NCBI GenBank assembly: GCA_012517065.1
Contig: JAAYVR010000068.1
Coordinates: 268-64,267 of the forward strand
Source: Verrucomicrobiota bacterium
GTDB lineage: Bacteria > Verrucomicrobiota > Verrucomicrobiia > Limisphaerales > J093
Reading direction: 5' to 3'
Length of the DNA: 64,000 bases
The notes beneath the pieces were generated by a model that was not told the DNA's origin, ran no database searches, and saw only the letters and a list, made by a program, of their open reading frames with translations. Shown here piece after piece: positions 50,701 through 53,936 of the stretch; positions within the stretch are counted from its first letter, which is position 1; every line of letters begins with the position of its first letter. The translations under genes and the position numbers were made by a program.

Positions 50701-51210
50701 CAGTTGTTGCGCAGCCGTTTCAACAAATTCCGGACGGGTCGAAACAGGTTGCGTTGGTGCAAATGGATCAAGTGTGATTTCCGGACTGGCCGGACCGGGT
50801 GACAGATCATCAGACTGTTCCTGCTCGGCCGGGCAGGACGGCGCGGGCGAGTCAGGCGCGGGCGATTCTTCGGATGCCGCGGCCTGTTGCGAGGCGTCTT
50901 GGTCTTCAAAACTGAACAAGTCGATCGGTTCCGACTGGCGGGCTGAGCTTGGCTCGAGGGCGGAAAAAGGCTCCATTTCAACAATCTCGGTTGCCCGGGC
51001 ATCGGCTGTGAATTGGGGGGCTTGAGCAGCCGCGGCTCCAAGCAGGAGACCGTCACCGGAAAGCAGAATTCGCGGCTCCAACGCCTCGAGCTCGAATTCA
51101 CGCTTTGACGGTCCAGTTCTCACAGTGAACCTTTGGAGATGGCTCTCGGGGTTTTGTTCAGTGAAGCCTTGTCCTCTTTGTGGTGGCCACGGAAGGAACA
51201 GCTTTTTCAA
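32704..51210 (-). CDS. Giant 6168-aa secreted RTX/Calx-beta adhesin-like protein
   Basis: A single uninterrupted 18.5-kb ORF with a TTG start. The N-terminus carries LEALEPRILLS. Degenerate ~110-aa beta-rich repeats occupy ~46.9-49.4 kb. The first GGxGxD block is at ~40.64-41.23 kb (EIHGGAGNDILVAG...). SdrD-B-like domains are present (FFDLNKNGLKDADELGFGGVTVTLY). Five tandem Calx-beta-like domains lie at ~37.98-39.96 kb, with one more at ~36.5-36.9 kb. Dense GGxGxD nonapeptide repeats run over 32.7-36.5 kb to within ~60 aa of the C-terminus. Confidence 0.85.
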   Translation of the reverse strand: MKKLFLPWPPQRGQGFTEQNPESHLQRFTVRTGPSKREFELEALEPRILLSGDGLLLGAAAAQAPQFTADARATEIVEMEPFSALEPSSARQSEPIDLFSFEDQDASQQAAASEESPAPDSPAPSCPAEQEQSDDLSPGPASPEITLDPFAPTQPVSTRPEFVETAAQQLTETLRAANGPPADSAAETPGQLIGTSTGSADGGSLVVEVGQVLAGNVTLQGGLFNAGLVSPGNSPGIVNVSEFTQGSEGTTLIEIGGTAGPGIDPNGWDQINVSGLARLGGTVQIQLYGGFVPSLGNSFLIFTWTTVEGEFANWLGTASIPGHPTWSFKPTYSATGLTLTVVETPALTGDATGAINAGLGTLANVSNALEGLEAFAESIPMIGTGVASLIDPQTAILNAIQGRISSLLATLPRVSQVTSSIEGWDGTNYAGFTADVKGVLGHYGSSGAEPVWWDINLELSPAAVNRSLQDVLGGVFGAMFNGSPTVNVSSAVVLDISFGYESGTGFFVGVRSIGLRARINATGLSGFGFSFNTPGGTQSLNVNGGSINLDAAVLATPDESILTGGRITQSTLAGLGASNIGNAFNLNKIGTLDAVLPLTGSLSFAGFSLSGTYVVYVQSDDLFTRAPELSLGVASTLTIMGQTLTGTFTFRNTGTQTVLEAENVSFQLGAGTSRVLSVQNGFGTFALIGGDLAGVLTLDFALGPAIPNITLSATGLTLALNTSESAVSEIAGTTVNLPAGRYYRVRGHGLIGLTTPQASLEGDFAFEPRDADSNPGNGYEEVAVGVANLSFGFGDGTNPILSVTNGTGAFVFRSQGIVGSASATVALAVSGLGLSGSFSVSLNNSNTAYNQTLNVNGTSVTVNVPAGPFLRVSATSASLTVQGIGVTGNFTFERTQTTTGGEWVVTVAASGLSLNLGATANNLLSVTGGSGAFIITATSLAGTAGATVSLNVPGVTIGGSFAVSINNSTSAVSETVSVGASTVTIDLPAGPYLRVSGTGVSLGFLGATLTGNFTFEQRTSQSGSRMITVTANSVSFNFGTSLLTADNGNGFFAINDAGIAGKGSITVHVNAFGTGFSHTFDWAFNTMGNAVNQVFGNPTALDLPAGPFNKLDSGPTPITINVPIDGDTQSISISGRFIITLVNGTPGYLTVAASDVSALIGSGTIGLQVSQGSGAFVIYSSGIAGEVKVQSASLSGAGVLNITAQNLKLQLNNTGADVGNPSPVVVPINDNPADNVSIRFVGPYYHNYLAVAGTAEITGILEAITLGGNFVIERAQIDTNGDSTLESVFKIGVTDLHLSLNAGSLSVVSFDHGTGAMVLSSAGLAADADLQFETGLVQLSGTIGLKLNTTGAAVNASVTTPNGTRALSLSSGNYVQIAVDGHIHIGSVALPFQLIVKVAGDTVEFRRAGDNVLLVAVDSAGNFTLGPPLAAIANFDFAKASPIEWVVLLRQLGQWFDSLRDSSLFDVEIPFTGGKTLGDAFDWSKLFLDSIYKYMVSVELQSRSMFDTTVNEGTLGDDDTSGEHHGILTIQLGEEPAVTLLIQDDVGDNNTRDGNELVTLINTAIGAAALSGRVVARINKDKRVVIALTEDEIAKGTTLTLVEADAAAAALGFEPGTGVLVERWSTEGFFSAMADILNDGTLDGDGGAVYDPRQNVYTYLLNLTKQYGTSDLFGSPTLPFNFDISLGPIGSAALNGALEFTATVGFQITLGFDLGAAEVPRVFTSGMVPVPANGKLSADAHFGIYLNEAEPIPTASYSTLFPITLPLGLTSGNNSIENLAEDLNQVFATVSYAGGKLSDVIIAQKAGNGLAISAKPDKLGIINRIIVISPKNDPFATEMGFGMEAVDLNPVNDPLDESDHIFVSIATSPMKGLFIQDATLTGALSINTTAAGINGSINFGFVEISTSGGAFGTLAYDGVTTAPISATLSIENQTTGEKRFYINELLSNTSSNNISNLGPAFEFGGSLLARLANISVGGLGFTFPLGSNPEISIWIPDITELNYNSNPYDPETNNKGIFLTYPNLGNLDNFTNLNFTQIIKALNMIADTLSQLSAFSFLDEPLPFVNISVNDMLDYASKFADLIDAAASSGSQSSLQKTLAELEHQIEVLFNLNPNTLTVSLDENGAPAASLVTAGGSATAKSSLIVNYNGDNNAFTITAKDNGSGLNGSTIRVVGDSAITDASARVVWDANAKRLTIKINPGKTTASAIVTAINAASSPWNASLAPPDPSGTNTGQGTITTVALKFSFVFSTAYANSLPFQLDLKDLLGKLAGDNPTIRSFLDLATTLVQIKGEGQITVSASAALTLDFGFDVSTPGTAKPFFYDSTGVDLLAKVTGTNINIEASLGSVFGIFIKNGRVTLDKDGDPDTGPPNDRGAVFRLGLNKRSSGRYYFDENWFNLDSIDLRLEGGVSAQLPIFAPLESSPLSGSADNNTDGYPDNYLVIEIPDLVTLFISEAVSTRATGSQKTVKFAGLNNDILVKSDGTYTDFKIIFLDTLSGNNANASFNTATNTLTVNIDAGVTTATVALNAIKTATGAAGHFAPTELADDDGNPTTTGNDGTGKLEKLFIVTPNFSSLFDGLQICDVIANSLDEILAGLDKLLGWIEDGLNEIVFNTDLPLVGKGLKGAANFISNFRNGLLRELQQEIEAAGGNGLTAMENAIKKALWNSLGPGGLNWLVDYETGDPLDVSAGFSQLDVTLDCETGLKVNIRIAKSIALLDTTENPIDFDIGVPGFGLEVDGNVVVSLGFDLKFGFGVDLTNGFYFNTSAPASDPELRIYFRAEIPGLHAAGQLLFLQLDVMDDSDSPSFFEGAFEVDLADPNHDNKLTMAELFSSGTRFKDIIHAVLGAEADVNLNLIASFGGNTAFPRVLADFHLGWTFDTNNGAGDPQISFTNIRLDLGTFISDFLGPILKEIRKVTEPVQPIIDIVTARLPVISDLAGQKITLLDLAELFGLLEPSTVDFIQGVLDVVSLINKLEGLGEGTILIPFGSFNLLEGSDGRRTNIQALENIASRTMDEIAAAAAAATASGASSTYTSAVSGFVSDVGSLSNFSIPIFDNPAELFNLFIGEPVRLVEWRMPTFKFKFTYTQKIPIYPPLYAQFGGTIGADINIGFGYDTYGIQKYISSEDKNWVDILDGFYVLDFDASGNEQPELRLYGELFAGASINLVIVEAGVKGGLGFELTFDLNDVNDDGKVRVSEIIANAQQDPRCIFDIAGKIYLFLEAFLKIDLFFFSIDKTWRFAEITLFSFEITCPQPVLAERSGTDLLINIGSRAPNRLEIDTSDSSETFIIKHTGGAAGDETVEVQWANYKQTFEHVGHIVVSDAGQGDDYLDFRGVLSTVEVHGGSGNDTIFLGDGKDSKAFGDDGNDTITASPNTDVTGVEIHGGAGNDILVAGPTAIKIWGDAGNDTITGSPEADELYGDDGTGTSPDGDDTIDAGDGNDLVRGGLGNDTIEGGPGNDWIRGDGGNDIVRGSRGDDFLEGGTGDDKLYGSSGNDLLLGGGGSDWANGHGGIDLLIGDDDPANPATINSLPITQTNLDAIRTAIAAIPTNGITLRNIPGDTSTAIGNDILIGGGNIDVLFGGPGDDFLYGGNFLNNGETEPIEEDDNDFFDGGPGNDSIFGDDSMGKTGDRDTGIAIQSAIFFDLNKNGLKDADELGFGGVTVTLYRNDDLLIGSTKTDVDGSFKFTGLDPDRYYMTFSSVAGMNFIAGGSAPDAESAANDSDVYPTGPLKGRTPDFQLTFDETERNVTAGYEGDPLVSINDVSVTEGNTGQTTVTLTVTLSGPQRTTVSLNYRTKDGDAPPASHRNAIADSGDYIPTSGTLVFAPGETSKTINVVVLGDITYEEHQQFQVILSNPSAGIKLPTLPETTALVTIINDDAVPQISIADYVPPSTLLANGQRVYTVPENTTAEFIVSLSNPSEYDVTVWYLVDSDYSCACGENPAKPYPAYLDGDYNQPAPAEITFKAGEMFKSIKVHYRDDDLDEPDERIYVDLFNPAYARISDGRAYGIIPDDDAPVSVSIHKPGEPLVFSTAINEGSWGYTSVPIEVSLSKVSGHKITVSYATSPGTAVEAVYTDDPGNGPDYEPSPNDSMPKSQQTIVFAPGELTRTIRVKVFGDTRREPNETFFVNLINADNADIAANPPNESNHYTITINNDDAFTHDIGPWSVFFGSLDYEVQEPDSGIAYANITIHRTPGSSQPVAVFYTTNGTATAGADYGALFRQLVYFAGNETTKAVRIPIYADDLSEGDETVFLYLRNPTGGNVRAAPDTATLTIHDADVPVVSIRAPLIGIFYDDVEKRFKVVYGVNEGTGPGSTTAKFTISLDKPAPPGGVTVDWATVRGTALTGDDYTFASGTASIPEHGTSTTVEVIITRDADPELTEQFYVRLSSPVRATLAKKDFIAACPIYDDDLYPVEGMVFYDTNGNGFLDIGENGIADVSVTITWMQSGIHKQTTVKTAKGIDAGKYTANVALGQVSISVDGTTVKSPFQDLWPTLLFPLFGSGSYVTTTNNEVQAEKFDGVVGISPFTPVGYKNSFSFTLPEKAKAVGRGGTDDTIFGGPGNDTIDAGAGDDHVIGGHWQTATDSHMPVNNTAYNATVVTVTKDTDLHAVYGLPAGTQLHPIYDSGPIFSVTPQLFPGAISGEIWLDGNGNNVQNLGDTLFTEGVLVVLLDEVGNPVNAVFSTDGKYLFTNLFVDSDHPTVETKYVVQFELPDGYTFVEPNQGDPDPDKDTTGTDSDAEFVNRTRAIAISAASPTKTSIDAGVISTSALTLGSTYQFSRATYSVSEVKPGYVEIIVTRKDTSVPGVVVVKTQDGTGPNGAKSSPDLTRNYEATIAVLVFDVGEQVKTLRIRVFNRHLGFTEFRYFTLTLNDATGRPYDTATVYIVGEANPTISDDDNIQGGLDWDIILGDSGNIPGYAVVAEYQDGTGIEPPEKLGHIRLFGGPGNDTIDAGIGADYIDGQLGDDVLAGGDGVDIVMGSLGDDEITVGQGDDDIRGDHGKDTVISVRSVAGIVLSPTSLVHQQIQLGSYVTLNEHILHDTFEVAKLTGDSQANRFELKGWTTTAFIDGAGGNDTLVVESDTDMILKDASNYEKIVFAYLYGFRKDASINLPTSVTYHLSSLENVVLTGGDGSNTINAAGYSRPVTFVATKGNDTYIGGSSNDTFQFLADSPLDTITVTGNGGADTLDFTGTVAELIVHLETLNSTQDVNGNLTLILKDYLENVTGGFGNDKLYGNALDNVLIGGPGDDLLAGGPGNETYVFDTDLAWGSETIVELLSDPGTDTLDFSPTTGQQINLNMGILDAFQAVNANLQLKLVGEGIEEVFGGALNDVIRGNGNNNILHGGPGVDLLDGKNGDDILDGGPGNDTLLGGEGTDRIDESANASFTLTNKKLIRGIEEDSLDSIEIANLTGGPGADSFTLTGWTGTGSINGAAGIDTIVWEADANFILTDTSVTMTTGATSASMTLSSVERATLVGGQNDNSLDASNFSGRATLVGNESNDTLIGGSGADILRGGPGNDTLTGNGGNDILDGGAGDNSIAEDLSAVTWKVSFVLQNNLLFITQHDPIPFPIDKSIIDVDTLIGIETAVMVGSANDDSFDVSGWTTGSLIIQAAGGTDTVKLNIPTPTDPTQPGSSTTITNSSVTFTNSDSSIFFDSVEQAFIVGTANNDTIDASAFTGAAFIYGKAGDDIIMPGPGANWLEGGDGDDLFIFLQDGQAGMDINVVVGGNSDGTDNGIDTLDLSAFALDLTIDLSTLGSTQTAATDELYFYFLLPDIENIIGGSGDDMLLGNDLDNTFTGGPGENFIHGAGGTNTIVETADADFTLTDTEITIAGVSTTLSSIQKAVLTGGSSDNTIDASAFTGQTTLIGLGGNDFLSGGSGKDVLVGGAGDDILSGNGGDDTYRFNVDDALGEDFILESPGAAGGFDTLDFSATTSTGVIGDLSLTTQQTVHATNLKLTLSDDNAIENIIGTRNADVLIGNDLNNIFIGGLGDDLIIGNGGTLDTIWETRDANFELSDASLRIGTETDTLIDIRAALLVGGKSNNIIDATMFSGIASLVGMGGNDTLYGGSGNDILVGGAGDDTLRGNGGNDSLFGGYGNDTYIFDLSFDQGEDTLREDAAQGFADTLLGIGPSGLTVNLHITTQQLFTNLKLTLLVASTVEFSF

Positions 51211-51329
51211 CCCCTCCAGTTGTTGGTATTATCGATAAGCAGCTCAGTCTTGTTGGTTTTCCTAACGGCTGGGCGGACAACCCACATGTTCCCCGATTCT
51301 ACCGCCCGCTTCTCTTAATGTTGCGCCCA

Positions 51330-51356
51330 GAATTACCATCCGCCGCTACATGTCAA
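51330..51356 (-). promoter_or_regulatory. Possible sigma-70-type promoter for the giant gene
   Basis: The minus strand reads cttttttcTTGACAtgtagcggcggatggTAATTCt, about 120 nt upstream of the start. The spacer is only 15 nt and the -10 element is weak. Confidence 0.2.
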
Positions 51357-51379
51357 GAAAAAAGATTTTGCGCCCCCAC

Positions 51380-53863
51380 TCACGGGTATATGGCGCGAAA
51401 GAACTTGTTCGAGCCGGTGTTGATCTGAGTGTCGATGTACTCGGCAATACCGAGTTCGTTTGCTTTGACAGACGCAAGGGGCGCCCAAAGCACCGGGGCG
51501 AGGGCATCGGACTGCTGAAGCCGGTACGTGACACCAGAAACGCCTTCGAAGCTGAGCCGGTAGAAGTTGTTATCGGTCCTTGTGACGTGCAGGGTTGGGG
51601 CCGGTACTATGTTTGGGTTGCCGACAACTATGCGTATTGGAGAGATTTCAAGGCCCATAACAGATGTCATTTCTGCGCTGGCATACGTTTGCAGCAAGGC
51701 ACCTTCGGAGCTGAGCCTGAGCACCTGAGCGCCTGCGGGATCGTGGACAGCGACGAAGACCTGTCCATTGCCATCGGTTGCGAGGCATGCCGGCGCGGTT
51801 TGCTCGGGTTGGTAGAATGGTTGGAGCGATCCATTCGCGGCCCGCAGGATGATGCGCGAGCCGTAATTCGCCACATACAGGCCAGAGTCTGAGGTTGTCA
51901 CACCCCACGGCAGGTCCAATCCATCCTCGTCAGTGACTGCTGTCTGGCTGCCGTCAGCAAGGCTTACGACGACAAGTTTGTTGTTGTACATGGAACTGAC
52001 GATCAGGTGGTCGGCATCCAGAAAACCGATACCATGCGGGCCGAACAACAATCCGTCCTGGGTGAGCACAGTCGTCTCGCCCGAATCCGGGACGATTTTC
52101 ACGACGCTGTTTTGGTCGGCGCTTGTAACGAATATGGTACCGTCTGGGGCTGTGACAATCCCCCAAAGTTCGGAGAGCAACGTTGATTGGCTGACCAAGG
52201 TGATGCCGCCGGTAGCAAGGTCAAGGCGCTTCACAGTTCCATTCCATTCGCAAACGTACAAGCTGCCGTTTGTGCAGAAAGAAACGTCCGTCGGACCATC
52301 AAAACTGCCAAGCACAGCTTGATCACCGGATTTCGCATCGATTCTGAAGACCGTGTTTGCGTCGAAGTCAGCGGCAATAATGTCGCCAACTTCAACCGTG
52401 ACAGGGGCAAGGACATTGATTGTGAACGATTGTTTGCTTGTCAATGCGGGGACGAAACTATCTGAGACCGTGACCGTGACTGTATGGCTGGTACCAGCTT
52501 GTTCAGGTCCGGGTGTCCATGAGAATTGGCCGTCGGGTGAAACGCTAGATCCAGGCGGTCCTTGTTCCAGAGCGAATGTCAGTGTCTGCGCAGGCAGGTC
52601 CGGGTCGGAAGCATGCAGAGCAACCGAAACAGTCTGACCCGGACGGAGGACATGGTCACCAACGTAATCAAGCGTCGGGGGTAGATTCACTTCTCGGACG
52701 ACGATATTCACAGTGGCGGTGCCATAGAGAGGGGGAACACCGTTGTCGGTCCCGCGTATGGCTATTTGGTATGTGCCGGGGCCATGGGTTTCGTTTGGAG
52801 TCCATGAGAATCTGCCGTCTTGTGATATGGTTGCGCCGGGAGGCGCGCCCGGCTCGAGCGTAAAAGTTACGACTTGCGGCGGGGAATCCGGGTCAGTCGC
52901 TGTCACGCGGAACGAGACCAATGAGCCCTCGTTCACAGTCTGATCGGGTACAGGGTCGATCTGTGGCTGGGAGTTTGTTGGAGGAGTTCCGACTCGGACA
53001 GCGGACACAACTATTCCGCTGATTTGCTGTCGCGGTCCCGCGTCGAAATTGGCAATGATTACACCTTCCGGGCTGAGGCGAATCAGCATGTCGTTTTGGC
53101 CGGGAGCGCTGGCTGCTGCGCCGATTAGGAGGTTGCCGGTGGGCTCGACTGCGAATCCGTAGGGAAAACCCGGGACGTTGCCCACCTTGATTATTGCGCC
53201 GGTATCAGTGGTGACACTGTTGATTTGTTTTGAGTCGTAGTGGCCGCTGTAAACCTTGTTGCCGAAGACAGCCAAACCCCATGGATGATCAATCCAAACG
53301 CCGCCCTGGGCTATAACAGACTGCTTGCCGGTGGCAGAATCGATTGTGACAATCGCATTGTTCAGGAACGAAGCCACGACGATGGTTTTGTCGTCAAGGA
53401 ACTCGATGCCTGTTGGCAAGGAAAGCTTGTCGCTCTGGGTCAGAATTGTCTCGGTGCCGGTCACGGGATCGATCTGCATGACTACGTCGAGGCTGCCGCT
53501 GCGCCCGGTGGCGTAAAGGCTCCCATTGGGACCAATGGCGAGACCGCGAACCGACGTTAACGCCGAGGCCGGGTTGAGGATGGTGACAGTGCCCTCAGCG
53601 ATAGATAGGCGCTTTATGGCCCCCCCAAGTTCGCCCACGTACAACTCGCCGCCGGTTGACATGGCGATGTCCATTGGCGCGGTGAATGTCCCCAGCGTTT
53701 GCTGTGATCCGGTAATTGGATTGAATTTGGCGACCTTGTTCCCAAGGTAGTTCGCGGTGATGATATCGCCGACCTCAACAAAGTGGCCCGCGGGAAATGC
53801 ATTGTGCGACACGAGTATCCCAAATGTCGCGACTCCAATTAGAATGACTCTTTGCATGCTCAT
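51380..53863 (-). CDS. Secreted protein with two six-bladed beta-propellers (NHL/SGL-like) flanking two cadherin-like (CADG/He_PIG-type) Ig domains, with a C-terminal FYRV-type tail
   Basis: Signal peptide MSMQRVILIGVATFGILVSHNA. The Ig-like repeats read VNEGSLVSFRVTATDPDSPPQVVTFTL...ISQDGRFSWTP and a second copy. Propeller blade repeats surround them. The protein ends GSNKFFRAIYP. Confidence 0.75.
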   Translation of the reverse strand: MSMQRVILIGVATFGILVSHNAFPAGHFVEVGDIITANYLGNKVAKFNPITGSQQTLGTFTAPMDIAMSTGGELYVGELGGAIKRLSIAEGTVTILNPASALTSVRGLAIGPNGSLYATGRSGSLDVVMQIDPVTGTETILTQSDKLSLPTGIEFLDDKTIVVASFLNNAIVTIDSATGKQSVIAQGGVWIDHPWGLAVFGNKVYSGHYDSKQINSVTTDTGAIIKVGNVPGFPYGFAVEPTGNLLIGAAASAPGQNDMLIRLSPEGVIIANFDAGPRQQISGIVVSAVRVGTPPTNSQPQIDPVPDQTVNEGSLVSFRVTATDPDSPPQVVTFTLEPGAPPGATISQDGRFSWTPNETHGPGTYQIAIRGTDNGVPPLYGTATVNIVVREVNLPPTLDYVGDHVLRPGQTVSVALHASDPDLPAQTLTFALEQGPPGSSVSPDGQFSWTPGPEQAGTSHTVTVTVSDSFVPALTSKQSFTINVLAPVTVEVGDIIAADFDANTVFRIDAKSGDQAVLGSFDGPTDVSFCTNGSLYVCEWNGTVKRLDLATGGITLVSQSTLLSELWGIVTAPDGTIFVTSADQNSVVKIVPDSGETTVLTQDGLLFGPHGIGFLDADHLIVSSMYNNKLVVVSLADGSQTAVTDEDGLDLPWGVTTSDSGLYVANYGSRIILRAANGSLQPFYQPEQTAPACLATDGNGQVFVAVHDPAGAQVLRLSSEGALLQTYASAEMTSVMGLEISPIRIVVGNPNIVPAPTLHVTRTDNNFYRLSFEGVSGVTYRLQQSDALAPVLWAPLASVKANELGIAEYIDTQINTGSNKFFRAIYP

Positions 53864-53936
53864 TTAACTGCGCGGACCACGCACCACGCACAAGAGACCA
53901 CGCACCAGGACAAAGAGGCCGTGGCGTCGGCCATGT

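Noticed and set aside
32704-51210. Looked for T1SS (ABC/MFP/TolC), T9SS or sortase-type partner genes around the giant proteins
   Set aside because: None is recognisable anywhere in the 64-kb window, so no secretion apparatus is reported as a feature.
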